DNA of 64,000 nucleotides from a virus. Its lineage: Duplodnaviria > Caudoviricetes. Shown here one piece after another: positions 1 to 10,055 of the stretch; positions within the stretch are counted from its first letter, which is position 1; every line of letters begins with the position of its first letter. Where the stretch lies: IMG/VR virus record IMGVR_UViG_3300020050_005381, positions 2,095-66,094 of that record, one strand, 5' to 3'. The notes beneath the pieces were generated by a model that saw only the letters and a program-made list of their open reading frames with translations, had not been told where the DNA came from and searched no databases. The position numbers and the translations under genes were made by a program.

Positions 1-258
1 GTCGCTCGCAAGGGCTGGAATGGTAAGGGTATGTGGCTATCTCTCTCCTCTAGCCAAGACCACCCCCTCGCAAACGCTCGTTCAATCCCCGCTGAGTCAT
101 TCTGGTCAAAGAACAACCGTGAGTTTGCGGAGCAGCAAGGGGGTTTCGCCACCGTTCTTCCTTGCATTACCATGAAGACCGCCACCGGCGAAATCCTGAT
201 GGGTTGGCTGGCATCACAATCCGACATGCTGGCTGAAGATTGGGGGATCATATCATGA
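1..258 (+). CDS. DUF2829-family protein (Tad2-like nucleotide-signal sponge), 5'-truncated by window edge
   Basis: Frame 1 is open from base 1: VARKGWNGKGMWL...GWLASQSDMLAEDW, both hallmark DUF2829 motifs. Confidence 0.85.
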   Translation, partial: VARKGWNGKGMWLSLSSSQDHPLANARSIPAESFWSKNNREFAEQQGGFATVLPCITMKTATGEILMGWLASQSDMLAEDWGIIS

Positions 259-524
259 ACGCCCCCACAGTAACCATGGGCGGCATCCTCGCCAAGATCA
301 AGAAGTCCGAGTACCTGATCCTGCCGGATGGCCGTACAACGCTCTGCATGCTAACGCTTGAGAATGGATATACCCTTCGGGGTGAGTCCTCCTGTGTGAG
401 TGCTGAGAACTTCAATATCGCACTGGGCGAGAAGTACGCCTATGAAAATGCGGTTGAAAAGATTTGGCCGCTTGAAGGCTACCTGCTTACCCAAAAACTG
501 TTCGAGGAGATGAACAATGTCTGA
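255..524 (+). CDS. N4 Gp49/Sf6 gp66-family protein (possible Acb4-like sponge)
   Basis: TTLCMLTLENGYTLRGESSCVSAENFNIALGEKYAYENAVEKIWPLEGYLL matches the Gp49 family pattern; ATGA overlap with upstream stop. Confidence 0.8.
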   Translation: MNAPTVTMGGILAKIKKSEYLILPDGRTTLCMLTLENGYTLRGESSCVSAENFNIALGEKYAYENAVEKIWPLEGYLLTQKLFEEMNNV

Positions 525-1464
525 TGAAATTACCCTGGACGAGGACGGCAATGAGGTTACTCTTCCAGTAGTAGAAGACCAAAACGAGAATCTGGATCAC
601 GAGGATGATCATCTGGATGGGGGTGAAGAAGACTCCCGACTGGCTAACAACACTGAGGCCGACACTGAGCTGAGCGGTGCCGAGACAGATGAGGAACGTG
701 AGTCCATTCGTGAACGTCGTCGCCAGGAACGTCACAATCGTAAGCAGGCTCAGCGCAACCGGGAAGAAACCCTTCGTCGTGAACTCTCAGCTCGTGACAG
801 CATTATCAACGAGCTGCGTCAGAAGGTTGACCTCATCGAGCGTCGTAACACCGGATCTGAAGCCGCCCAGCTGGAGAACGCCAAGAAGCAAGTAGCCCAA
901 AGCTACAATTTCTTCAAGGACCAGATCCGGGTAGCCACTGAGGCTGGCAATGGTGCCGCGGTAGCCGAGGCCACCGAAAAGATGATTCAATCCCAGCGCA
1001 AGTTCGATGAGCTGGCGGGGTATGAGCGTAGCCTCAAGCAGCAACAGAATACTCCGCAACCCCTGGACCCCCGTCTGGCCAACCAGGCTGAATCCTGGAT
1101 GAAGCGCAATTCCTGGTATGATCCGGGTGCAAAGGACCAAGATTCCGGTATTGTCCTTACCCTGGACCAGCGATTGGCTTCTGAGGGTTGGGACCCTACT
1201 ACCAAAGAGTACTGGGATGAGTTGGACTCAAGAGTGAAAAAATATTTACCGCATCGCGCTATTCGTGGTAAAATTAGTGATACCAAGCCTCGATCTGTAG
1301 TTACTGGCTCGGGACGCGAAGCTTCTAATCCCCAGAGTGGGACTTTCAAGCTGTCGGCCGAAAGGGTTCAGGCCCTGAAAGATGCTGGCATCTGGGATGA
1401 TCCCAAGCAACGGGCAGAAGCTGCAAAGCGTTTCCGTGAATATGACAAACAGAATCAAAGCTAA
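517..1464 (+). CDS. Capsid scaffolding protein
   Basis: Acidic N-terminus, long coiled coil, position upstream of capsid genes, no prohead protease present. Confidence 0.7.
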   Translation: MSDEITLDEDGNEVTLPVVEDQNENLDHEDDHLDGGEEDSRLANNTEADTELSGAETDEERESIRERRRQERHNRKQAQRNREETLRRELSARDSIINELRQKVDLIERRNTGSEAAQLENAKKQVAQSYNFFKDQIRVATEAGNGAAVAEATEKMIQSQRKFDELAGYERSLKQQQNTPQPLDPRLANQAESWMKRNSWYDPGAKDQDSGIVLTLDQRLASEGWDPTTKEYWDELDSRVKKYLPHRAIRGKISDTKPRSVVTGSGREASNPQSGTFKLSAERVQALKDAGIWDDPKQRAEAAKRFREYDKQNQS

Positions 1465-1479
1465 TAGGAGCGATCTGAA

Positions 1480-2037
1480 ATGAGTGAGAACAAAGTAATG
1501 GGTAGCGATGAAAGACTGAAGAAGTCTGCAGCATCCAATGTTCGTGGAGATCGTGACGAGGCCGACGCCTCACGCACTGAACAAGATGGTACCGCCCTAA
1601 CCCGAGAAGAGCGCTTGGCAATGATCCGCTCTGAGTGGGCACAGGACGTGCTTCCACAACCCCCGGTTGACCCAGACTGGCATTACTGCTGGCTATCTAC
1701 GACTAACTCTACCGATCCGATCTACAAGCGGATGCAAAAGGGTTATGAGCCTGTTAAGGTGTCGGAGATTCCCGGCTGGACTCAGTACAAGGTGGGTCAA
1801 GGGGAATTCGAGGGCTGTATTGCCTGCAATGAGATGCTTCTGTTTAAAATTCCCGAGGACCTGTATCAGGAGATCATGAAGATCTTCCATTACGATCGTC
1901 CCCTGGAAGAAGAAGAGATCCTCAAAGCCAATGCAGCCGAGAAAATTAGCACTCAAGATAGTGACGGTCGCAAGTTGGGTCAGATGGACGGTTTTGAAAA
2001 CCTGGCCCGAAAAGTCCGTCCTCCACAATTTAGCTGA
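1480..2037 (+). CDS. Conserved head-module protein, function unknown
   Basis: GGAG RBS, in the scaffold-capsid operon; WHYCWLST...GYEPV pattern. Confidence 0.6.
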   Translation: MSENKVMGSDERLKKSAASNVRGDRDEADASRTEQDGTALTREERLAMIRSEWAQDVLPQPPVDPDWHYCWLSTTNSTDPIYKRMQKGYEPVKVSEIPGWTQYKVGQGEFEGCIACNEMLLFKIPEDLYQEIMKIFHYDRPLEEEEILKANAAEKISTQDSDGRKLGQMDGFENLARKVRPPQFS

Positions 2038-2047
2038 GGATTAAACA

Positions 2048-2617
2048 ATGGCTCTTACCGCCTCCCCTTATGGCTTCCTGGCACGGAAGCATCCCTCGGG
2101 TCAATCTCGTGCCAATGCTTACACGCTGGTCAACACAGCCACCACAATTGGCTACGGTGACCCGGTTAAGCTTGGTACGGATGGCCTGATTGTTATTGCC
2201 GCGGCTGCTGATGACATCATCGGTATCTTCGCTGGCGTCCAGTATCGTGATGCCACTGGCAAACCCAACCTCTCCAAGAACTGGCCGGGCTCCACTGCAG
2301 GCGCTACGGACATTGTGGCTTACGTCTATGACGATGCCGAAAATATCTTCGAAGTGCAGGTTGGTGCTGGTGGTACTGGTTATGTGCAAGCTGTCATCGG
2401 TGCACAAGCCGACGTGGTTATTGCGGCCCCGAACGCTGTAACTGGCCAGTCTACCTCGTACCTGAATGCCACGCCTGAAGCCGGTGCAGCCCAGGGTCAG
2501 TTCCGCGTTATTGGCTTTGGTTCGGATGGCGTCTATGATGCTACCCTCAACCCTTTCCCAACCGTCCTGGTGCAAATCGCTCAGCATCAGTACATTGCCA
2601 ATAAGGTAGGTATCTAA
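2048..2617 (+). CDS. Putative capsid decoration/cement protein
   Basis: GAGG RBS; beta-rich G/A/V/T composition; immediately precedes the major capsid gene. Confidence 0.55.
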   Translation: MALTASPYGFLARKHPSGQSRANAYTLVNTATTIGYGDPVKLGTDGLIVIAAAADDIIGIFAGVQYRDATGKPNLSKNWPGSTAGATDIVAYVYDDAENIFEVQVGAGGTGYVQAVIGAQADVVIAAPNAVTGQSTSYLNATPEAGAAQGQFRVIGFGSDGVYDATLNPFPTVLVQIAQHQYIANKVGI

Positions 2618-2619
2618 TC

Positions 2620-3531
2620 ATGGCCGGTACAATCATGCGTAGTACTCAGTTCCGGTCCATTGTTGAACCGATCCTGAATCAGTCCTTCGACGGCGTGTAC
2701 GATCAACGTACCGACGAGTATAAGCAGGTATTTGCCACTGAAAATGGCATCGCTCGTGCTTATCACGAAGAAGTTGTTCTGTATGGCATGGGTGCTGCAC
2801 CCAAGCTTCCCGATGGCCAAGCCATCACGTATGACGAGGGCGGCCAGCTCTACGTTCAGCGTTACACCTACGATGTGTATGGTCTTGCCTTCGCCCTGAC
2901 GAAAGTCCTGGTAGAAGATGGCGATCACATTCGAGTTGGTTCCATCATGTCTAAGCACCTTGCTCAGGCCATGGATGAAACCACGGAAACGGTTACGGCT
3001 AATCACCTGAATCGTGCCTTCACTTCTGGTTACAACGGCGGTGATGGCGTTCAATTGATTTCTGCCGCTCACCCCGTTATCGGTGGCGTACAAACCAACG
3101 TTCTGACCTCAGCTGCCCTGTCTCAGACTTCCCTGGAGCAGTCTCTGATCCAGGTTCGTCAGGCCCAAGACAGCCGCGGCAAGCGTATTCGTTTGACGCC
3201 GAAGCAACTGGTCATTCACCCCAGCAACATGCTGACGGCTGAAGTCCTGCTGAACTCGGTTCTTCGTACGGGTACCAACAACAATGACCTGAACCCCATC
3301 AAGTCTGCTGGTACTCTGAAGAAGGCTGTTGTCATCTCCCGTATGACCTCACCGACAGCTTGGTTCGTTCAGACTGATGCTCGTGATGGCCTGAAGGTTC
3401 TCTGGCGTCGTAAGCTGGAGAAGGCCATGGAAGGCGATTTCGAAACGGATTCCGTTCGTTACAAGTCTACCATGCGTTTCGGCTCTGGCTGGACTGACTG
3501 GCGCGCAATGTTTGGCAACGCAGGTTCGTGA
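2620..3531 (+). CDS. Major capsid protein (HK97 fold, Mu gpT-like family)
   Basis: 303 aa, strong codon bias; motifs EGQAITYDEG-like, YGLAFALTKVLVEDG, C-terminal GWTDWRAMFGNAG. Confidence 0.85.
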   Translation: MAGTIMRSTQFRSIVEPILNQSFDGVYDQRTDEYKQVFATENGIARAYHEEVVLYGMGAAPKLPDGQAITYDEGGQLYVQRYTYDVYGLAFALTKVLVEDGDHIRVGSIMSKHLAQAMDETTETVTANHLNRAFTSGYNGGDGVQLISAAHPVIGGVQTNVLTSAALSQTSLEQSLIQVRQAQDSRGKRIRLTPKQLVIHPSNMLTAEVLLNSVLRTGTNNNDLNPIKSAGTLKKAVVISRMTSPTAWFVQTDARDGLKVLWRRKLEKAMEGDFETDSVRYKSTMRFGSGWTDWRAMFGNAGS

Positions 3532-3576
3532 TTGGGTTTATTTAACCAGTTAGTCCTGAATCTCAAGGAGATTTAA

Positions 3577-4014
3577 ATGGGTACTTATGCTCAAGGCGCT
3601 CAGCAATCTGGCTCCACTCCGGTGGCTTCCCGTGATGCGGGCTTTGCCACTTTTGTCAAGGTCATTCCCGTGCAGGCCGCTGGCGCCGCCACTCTGGACA
3701 TCACTACCCACCTTCCTGACGGTGCTCAGGTGGTGGATGTGCTGTTCGATACGGTCACGGCCCATACCTCGGCTTCGGCTACGATCGCTATTGGCTTCAC
3801 TGCTGGTGGTACCGATCTGACGGCGGCCACGGATGTCAAGACCACTCCTCGTACTCGCCCCACGTTCACCTCGGCTCAGCTGACAGCTTGCGCTGCCCTG
3901 GCCCGTGACACGGGTCAAACCGACAAGGCGATTAACCTGCGTTTGGCACTCGGCACTGCGACTTCGGCTGGCTTGACCAACGTCAGCATTCTGTACACGC
4001 TGAAAACCAACTAA
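3577..4014 (+). CDS. Virion structural protein (putative decoration/head-associated)
   Basis: GGAG RBS, high-expression codon bias, follows the capsid gene and precedes a terminator. Confidence 0.6.
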   Translation: MGTYAQGAQQSGSTPVASRDAGFATFVKVIPVQAAGAATLDITTHLPDGAQVVDVLFDTVTAHTSASATIAIGFTAGGTDLTAATDVKTTPRTRPTFTSAQLTACAALARDTGQTDKAINLRLALGTATSAGLTNVSILYTLKTN

Positions 4015-4018
4015 GATA

Positions 4019-4040
4019 GGGGGCTCCGGCCCCCTTCTTT
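4019..4040 (+). terminator. Rho-independent terminator after the capsid operon
   Basis: GGGGGC-TCCG-GCCCCC followed by TTCTTT. Confidence 0.8.
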
Positions 4041-4052
4041 AAAGGATTTAAC

Positions 4053-4325
4053 ATGAGTATGATCGCCCCCAAACTCGGATACTTCAACCAGGGAACCACC
4101 GCGGGTGCTCTCATTAAGCGGGGCCCCTCGGGGTTGTATGGAGTCATTTCCACGGTCACTGGTGGGGCTGTAACCATCTATGACAACACCTCGGCCGCTG
4201 GTACCATCCTCTACACCAAGACCCTGGCGGTGGGTGACATCGTTCACTTTGGGGGTCTGGGAATCGCCGCGAAGAATGGCCTGTTCATTGTCGTGACCGG
4301 AACGGTCAACGTTCTGTACACCTAA
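4053..4325 (+). CDS. Small virion protein
   Basis: Beta-rich 90-aa ORF with RBS in the structural module. Confidence 0.6.
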   Translation: MSMIAPKLGYFNQGTTAGALIKRGPSGLYGVISTVTGGAVTIYDNTSAAGTILYTKTLAVGDIVHFGGLGIAAKNGLFIVVTGTVNVLYT

Positions 4326-4328
4326 GTC

Positions 4329-5297
4329 ATGGCCACTTCGGGTACCATCGGAACCACCCGAATCAACACCGCGAAGCTGCTTGAAAAGTGTCTTCGCAGG
4401 ATCGGGCTCAATCCACAGAACTTAGCTCCTGAGATAGTTACCAGCGCTCAGGAAGATCTCTTTATGCTCTTAATGAGTCTCTCTAACCGGGGGCTCAATT
4501 TGTGGTGTATAGACAAGCAGTTGATAACTCTGGCTCCCGGTCAGTCGGGGTATGACCTGCCTGTGGGGACTCTAAACATCCTGAACCTGCTTCAGGCATC
4601 CCCCAGCTTAAGTACACCGGACTCAACCTCAGCTACGGCCACCAGTTATACCTCAATATTCACTGAGCCCACAAAACTTGTTCGTTATGGGGTCAGGTTC
4701 TCCCAGGTCCCGGTATCTTTTGACCTTCTGGGTTCTCCGGATGGCGTCCTTTGGGAGACTATTCAGGTCGTAACGGCTGTTACTGGGCTGCAGTGGTATG
4801 ATGTGGATCCTGAGGCTAACTTTAGCTACTATAAGATCTCATCGGTAGATCCTCTGGTGGTGGATACGCTATACTTGGCCAACAGCGTTCGTGAGATTGC
4901 GGTATCCCAGTTCAACCGAGATGACTATGCCAATCAGCCCAACAAGACCTTTACCTCTGGACTGGTCACTAGCTTCTACTTTGAAAAGCTGATCAACCCC
5001 AGAATTCAAACCTGGCCAGTTCCTAATGATGAGATCAATCATCTGGTGCTCTTCCGTCATCGCCAGCCTCAGGATGTCGGAACACTGACTCAGGAGATTG
5101 AGATTCCCTCACGCTGGTATGAGGCTATCACCTGGCAGTGGTCAGTCAGACTGGCTTTTGAGCTTCCGGGGGTAGATCCCGCCCGTAGAGCTGAGGTCAT
5201 CCAAATGGCCGGACAGATGATGGCTGAGGTAGAGGGAGGCGAGACTGATGAGGCTCCAATCTACTTTGCTCCACGTATAGGGTGCTATACTCGATGA
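4329..5297 (+). CDS. Head-tail adaptor / tail tubular protein
   Basis: MATSGT start, LSNRGLNLW and C-terminal RLAFEL motifs typical of adaptor proteins in this phage architecture; position after head genes. Confidence 0.65.
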   Translation: MATSGTIGTTRINTAKLLEKCLRRIGLNPQNLAPEIVTSAQEDLFMLLMSLSNRGLNLWCIDKQLITLAPGQSGYDLPVGTLNILNLLQASPSLSTPDSTSATATSYTSIFTEPTKLVRYGVRFSQVPVSFDLLGSPDGVLWETIQVVTAVTGLQWYDVDPEANFSYYKISSVDPLVVDTLYLANSVREIAVSQFNRDDYANQPNKTFTSGLVTSFYFEKLINPRIQTWPVPNDEINHLVLFRHRQPQDVGTLTQEIEIPSRWYEAITWQWSVRLAFELPGVDPARRAEVIQMAGQMMAEVEGGETDEAPIYFAPRIGCYTR

Positions 5298-5524
5298 GCC
5301 TTTATATTACACCCTCCACTAAAGGTACCGTAGCAATTGCGGTCTGTGACAGGTGTAAGCGTAAAGTTCCTTATGATGAGCTTCGACCAGATGGAAACAG
5401 TCCGGGGTTGAGAGTGTGTGGTAATTCTGGGTGCTGGGATAATAAAGACCCATATAGACTCCCAGTTAGAAAGTCCGAGATCATTTCCTTAAGACATCCT
5501 AGACCTGACGAGGATTTGGAGTAG
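5294..5524 (+). CDS. Small Cys-rich (zinc-finger-like) virion-module protein
   Basis: CDRC...C-x4-CWD...PRPD; ATGA overlap with upstream stop. Confidence 0.65.
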   Translation: MSLYITPSTKGTVAIAVCDRCKRKVPYDELRPDGNSPGLRVCGNSGCWDNKDPYRLPVRKSEIISLRHPRPDEDLE

Positions 5525-5525
5525 T

Positions 5526-6146
5526 ATGACAGCGCAAGCCATGACTTATGATAGCTTAGTTCAGGATGTCACTGACTACTGCGAACGATCGGATGAGCCC
5601 TTTATCAGGCAGATTCCACGATTCCTGATGATGGCTGAGAATCGGATAGCCTCCGAATCCAAGCCACTGGGCTTTCTTCGCACGATGAGTGGAACGCTGG
5701 CAGGCAATGTGCTGGTTAAGCCCAATCGCTGGAGGAAGACCAAGAGCTTTAGCTTAATCGTCGGAGCCGAGCGGAAATACCTATATGAGCGGGGTTATGA
5801 ATACTGTCGCTCTTACTGGCCAGACCCCGTTAAGGTGGATACTCCCTATTACTACTCGGACTATGACTATGAGCATTGGTTCATCTGCCCAACCCCTGAT
5901 CTTCAGTATAGCTTCGAGCTTCAGTATTACGAGCGTCCAGAGCCACTAAGCTCTACCAAGCAAACTAATTGGACTACTCAGTATGCACCCCAGGTGCTGC
6001 TGTATGCTACGCTAATGGAGGCCATGCCCTGGCTTAAGACCTCAGAGCGCATTCCCGAGTTTCAAGCTCTGTACACTCAAGCTCTGTCCTCCATCACTAA
6101 AGAGGATCAGGAAAGAATAATCGACTCTGCAGCGGTAAGGAGCTAA
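5526..6146 (+). CDS. Head-tail connector / tail tubular A-like protein
   Basis: MTYDSLVQDVTDYCER...FLMMAENRI...LLYATLMEAMPWLK pattern; position. Confidence 0.65.
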   Translation: MTAQAMTYDSLVQDVTDYCERSDEPFIRQIPRFLMMAENRIASESKPLGFLRTMSGTLAGNVLVKPNRWRKTKSFSLIVGAERKYLYERGYEYCRSYWPDPVKVDTPYYYSDYDYEHWFICPTPDLQYSFELQYYERPEPLSSTKQTNWTTQYAPQVLLYATLMEAMPWLKTSERIPEFQALYTQALSSITKEDQERIIDSAAVRS

Positions 6147-6147
6147 G

Positions 6148-8520
6148 ATGAGTTTCACAGATGTATTTGGCAATCAAACACTCCCCCCAGCTGAGTATGG
6201 GTACAACGCGCTCGTGCTTGCGGGTAATCTAACCGTCTTCTGGCCCTACAATGTAAGCGACACGGATCTTACGATTGCCAAGATTACTGAGGCTTCCTGC
6301 GCCTTGGGGAACATTCTCACGCTACCTGATGCACGCGAGGTTTCGGTAGGCGAGGATTTCCTGATCCGGAACACCGGGGCGAACCCGCTTCAGATCAACA
6401 ATGCACTGGGCGTCGTGGTCTCTACGGTACAGCCCGGAGCAGCTAACTACTTCTACCTGACGGATAACACCACTGAAGGTGGCCTGTTCTCGGTCATCGG
6501 ATTTGGTGTCGGCACTTCAACCGTGGATGCAGCTTCGCTGGTCGGTTATGGCATCAAGGCAATCGGGGCTTCACTGAACCAGACGCACCCCGTTCAGCCC
6601 GTGGGTTCTGGGATGACTATTGACGCCACGCATCGGGCGCAGTTGGTTGTTCTTACCGGTGGAGCTTCTACCTTTGACCTGACCTCGGCAGTCATCCTAG
6701 GTGATGACTTCTTCACCCTGATCCGTAACGAGGGTACAGGAACCCTGACCATTGATGGCGATGGTTCTGACACCATTGATGGCCAAGCCTCAATTCAAGT
6801 GCAGCCTTCCGAGTCCCTGATGCTAGTTTGCACGGGAACTCAGTGGTACTCCGTTGGCTACGGTCGCTCTGTGTTGTATCAGTTCACACAGCTTACCAAG
6901 GATGTATCGGCTGGTGGAACGATTACGCTTACTGCGGCTGAAGCTTCCAACAAACTACTGACCTTCATCGGCAATCCGGCGTCTGATGTCACGGTAGTAG
7001 CTCCGTCAATCGTGGCGGTTTATTACACCCACAACAACATCAGCACCTCAAACGATGTAAATTTTAAAACCGCAGCGGGGGCAGCAGTGCCCATTGGGCA
7101 AAGTACACGCTTGATTATCCTGTGCGATGGGACTGACATGCTGTCAGCACAGTCTGCTACAGCCAATAGTTCTGTCTCTCTGGTGGATGGTAGTGCTGCT
7201 TCGCCCTCCCTGTTCTTCGCTTCACAAACCAACACCGGACTCTATAAGTCTGGAGTAGACGGTATCGGTATCTCAGTGAATGGTGTAGCTGTCGCCACAT
7301 TCACTTCCGCGGGTGGAGCACAGATTTTCCTGCCCCAAGGGTATTCGCAGTACAATACCGGCGCTTCAGCCCCGGCATACGCTGAAGGTAAGGTGTTCTA
7401 TGATAACGTTGAACACACACTGGCTTACTACAACGAAGTCAATGGAATTACCGTTAATGTTGGTCAGGAGCACCTAGCTCGCGTTCGTAACGTGACCGGT
7501 GGGACCCTGCTGAATGGTACGCCGGTTTATATCTCTGGGGCTTCTGGCGGTCTGCCTTCAGTGGCGAAAGCGAAAGCCGACGTTCAAGCGACCTCAGAAT
7601 CTACCATTGGCTTACTGACCGCTGACATCGCGAACAATTCCAATGGCTACTGCACGGTTGATGGCATTGTGCATGATCTTGATACGTCAGCATTCGCCGA
7701 TGGCGACACACTGTATGTGTCAGCCGCCACAGCCGGGGGCATAACCAACGTCAGACCAGTGGCCCCGAACCATGCCGTTCGTTTGGGTTATGTGATTAAG
7801 TCCCACGCAACTACCGGCCAAATCCTAGTTCGTATTGACCTTGGGCTAGGGTTGGCTGAACTGCACGATGTGAAATTCACCGCACTGGCTGACACCAACC
7901 TCATTCAGTGGGATGCAGCCGGCGGATTCTGGAAGAACGTTAGCGGTATCAATCTGGCTACGCAGGTGTCCGGAGTTCTTCCTGTAGCCAATGGCGGTAC
8001 CGCAGGAAACACCCAAGCAACAGCACGCACCGGGTTGGGTATCCCTGTCTCAGTACAGAACGCCGAGTACTTGAGCTTGGGAACAATTGCTGGAACGGAC
8101 ACGATCACGGCGGTTGGAACCCCGGTAGTTACAGCCTATGCTGCAAACCAAACCTTTCGGTTCCTTTCGGCGGGAGCCAACACTGGCCCCACTACACTGA
8201 ATATCGATGGTCTTGGCCCCAAGAATGTGATGAAAGCCGCGTCTTCTGGACCCGTGGCTCTGGTGGCAGGGGATATTCCGGCTGCGGGGATTGTGCTTCA
8301 GGTTACGTACGACGGTACTCAATTCCAGATAATCTCTGGCGCAGGTTCTGGTGGTGCAACTGGCGGTGGTAGCGATCAAGTATTCTACGAGAATGACATT
8401 CTCGTGACTGCTGATTACACCATCACAACCAGCAAGAATGCCGTAACCGCAGGACCAATCACTATTAACTCGGGAGTCACTGTGACGGTGCCTTCTGGAT
8501 CAACTTGGACGGTGATATAA
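6148..8520 (+). CDS. Tail fibre / tail spike protein
   Basis: 790 aa, G/T/A/V-rich modular beta segments (SAASPSLFF, LPVANGGTG, C-terminal VTVTVPSGSTWTVI). Confidence 0.75.
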   Translation: MSFTDVFGNQTLPPAEYGYNALVLAGNLTVFWPYNVSDTDLTIAKITEASCALGNILTLPDAREVSVGEDFLIRNTGANPLQINNALGVVVSTVQPGAANYFYLTDNTTEGGLFSVIGFGVGTSTVDAASLVGYGIKAIGASLNQTHPVQPVGSGMTIDATHRAQLVVLTGGASTFDLTSAVILGDDFFTLIRNEGTGTLTIDGDGSDTIDGQASIQVQPSESLMLVCTGTQWYSVGYGRSVLYQFTQLTKDVSAGGTITLTAAEASNKLLTFIGNPASDVTVVAPSIVAVYYTHNNISTSNDVNFKTAAGAAVPIGQSTRLIILCDGTDMLSAQSATANSSVSLVDGSAASPSLFFASQTNTGLYKSGVDGIGISVNGVAVATFTSAGGAQIFLPQGYSQYNTGASAPAYAEGKVFYDNVEHTLAYYNEVNGITVNVGQEHLARVRNVTGGTLLNGTPVYISGASGGLPSVAKAKADVQATSESTIGLLTADIANNSNGYCTVDGIVHDLDTSAFADGDTLYVSAATAGGITNVRPVAPNHAVRLGYVIKSHATTGQILVRIDLGLGLAELHDVKFTALADTNLIQWDAAGGFWKNVSGINLATQVSGVLPVANGGTAGNTQATARTGLGIPVSVQNAEYLSLGTIAGTDTITAVGTPVVTAYAANQTFRFLSAGANTGPTTLNIDGLGPKNVMKAASSGPVALVAGDIPAAGIVLQVTYDGTQFQIISGAGSGGATGGGSDQVFYENDILVTADYTITTSKNAVTAGPITINSGVTVTVPSGSTWTVI

Positions 8521-8521
8521 T

Positions 8522-8923
8522 ATGAGCGTGACAATTAACGGAGATACTGGAGTATCTGCTGTGCAGGATGGGATCATTGTTCAAGCTGACTTAGCTACAG
8601 CCGTACTGCCTCTAGGCGTAGGTCAGACTTGGCAGAATATGACCGGAGTGGGTGGAAGAGCTTTAGGCGCTACCATTACAAACACCACGGGTCGCCCTAT
8701 TCAAGTATCAGTGCGGTGTGGGAGCAGCGCAAACTCTTCAAACCAAGTCGGCTTAACTATTGACTCTATTTTAGTAGCAACAGCCACTACATCTGAGTCT
8801 AATGGGACAGCATACGGCGGCTCTGCGCAAACACTTACTGGAGTGGTGCCTGCTGGGTCAACTTATGTGGTTGCAAATACTGCAGGCACTTCTACTATAA
8901 CCGCTTGGATGGAGCTACGATAA
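8522..8923 (+). CDS. Tail-fibre-associated protein (gp53-like C-terminal domain)
   Basis: LGVGQTWQNMT...TNTTGRPIQVSV...VPAGSTY pattern. Confidence 0.6.
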   Translation: MSVTINGDTGVSAVQDGIIVQADLATAVLPLGVGQTWQNMTGVGGRALGATITNTTGRPIQVSVRCGSSANSSNQVGLTIDSILVATATTSESNGTAYGGSAQTLTGVVPAGSTYVVANTAGTSTITAWMELR

Positions 8924-9471
8924 TGACTGTAAAAACAACTAACGCTCAACTCGGCCTATCAGTAACTCCCGCGAATAACTTCACGCTAGATGCTAGTGCT
9001 AATGATGGCACGATGAAGTTAGAGCGTAATGATGGTCAGGATATTATGACTGTGGATTCCGCTGGTAAGGTGGCGTTTCCACAAGGTCTTAAGGCTACTG
9101 AGCTTACGAATAGCGTAACTAACAATGCGCTTACAACTGGCGTTAATACTAAGCTAGGTAGCGTTACACTAACTCCAGGATTGTGGGTTCTTACTGGATC
9201 AGTCTCACTGGTCTCTACTGCAGCTAGCATTGCGTGGAACAGTGCGTACATTGGAACTAGTACTACGACGGATACTGGAAGTTTTGTACGAAATATAAAT
9301 TCACCTAGTGTCGTACTAAATACCCCTGCAAATGGCTCACCTTATGTATTTACCACAAGAGTGGTTGTAGTGACTGTAGACACTGAGTATTCTGTTTATT
9401 GTAATCACTCATTCTCTAATGGTAATGCCTGTGGAGCTACTGGGATTATTACCGCAACAAGGATAGGGTAA
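8923..9471 (+). CDS. Tail-fibre-associated protein
   Basis: T/S-rich beta protein coupled to upstream stop; T-rich codon usage. Confidence 0.55.
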   Translation: MTVKTTNAQLGLSVTPANNFTLDASANDGTMKLERNDGQDIMTVDSAGKVAFPQGLKATELTNSVTNNALTTGVNTKLGSVTLTPGLWVLTGSVSLVSTAASIAWNSAYIGTSTTTDTGSFVRNINSPSVVLNTPANGSPYVFTTRVVVVTVDTEYSVYCNHSFSNGNACGATGIITATRIG

Positions 9472-9474
9472 ATT

Positions 9475-9681
9475 ATGACTATATCTCTCGTAGCAGCAGT
9501 AGATGGCTTATCCGGTACTATTCAGATTGGGGGTGTTGATAAAGTTAAGGTAGGTGCAACAGGAATTCAATCAGGTGTCCCTACTACTTCTTACGCCAAT
9601 GATGCAGCCGCAGCCGTAGCTGGCGTTCCAATCGGAGGCTTATATCATACAACGGGTACAGTGAAAGTACGCTTGGTATGA
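9475..9681 (+). CDS. Small fibre-module protein
   Basis: YANDAAAAVAGVPIGGLYHTTG motif common in fibre modules. Confidence 0.55.
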   Translation: MTISLVAAVDGLSGTIQIGGVDKVKVGATGIQSGVPTTSYANDAAAAVAGVPIGGLYHTTGTVKVRLV

Positions 9682-10055
9682 AAGTAACTTGCCATTATCG
9701 TAATGATCCAGAGCGCCCACTAGATGATCCCACGCTAGCTAAAGGAGAACGCCGCTTAGCTATCAGAATCTACTCTGGTGATATATGTGATCCAGTACAG
9801 ATAGGCGGAGGTAATTGGTTCACACCTCCTTATCCTAAGCGTGTCTGGCGTACTTACTGCTCACGGCCTATCCTCCCTTTTATTATGTGGAAGTGGCCTT
9901 TCTTAGCTAGAACTGGATACATTGGCTTCAAGCTATACGGTGCGGATTCCCCTGAGTATAAGAAGTGGGGCGTAGGCTTTAAGCCCGAAGATGTTTATGA
10001 AGGTTCACAGGCGCTCTGCTTAAGCTTTCGTCCATTTGCACGACAGAAACCATGA
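9678..10055 (+). CDS. Hypothetical protein
   Basis: Coupled (ATGA) to both neighbours. Confidence 0.55.
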   Translation: MKVTCHYRNDPERPLDDPTLAKGERRLAIRIYSGDICDPVQIGGGNWFTPPYPKRVWRTYCSRPILPFIMWKWPFLARTGYIGFKLYGADSPEYKKWGVGFKPEDVYEGSQALCLSFRPFARQKP

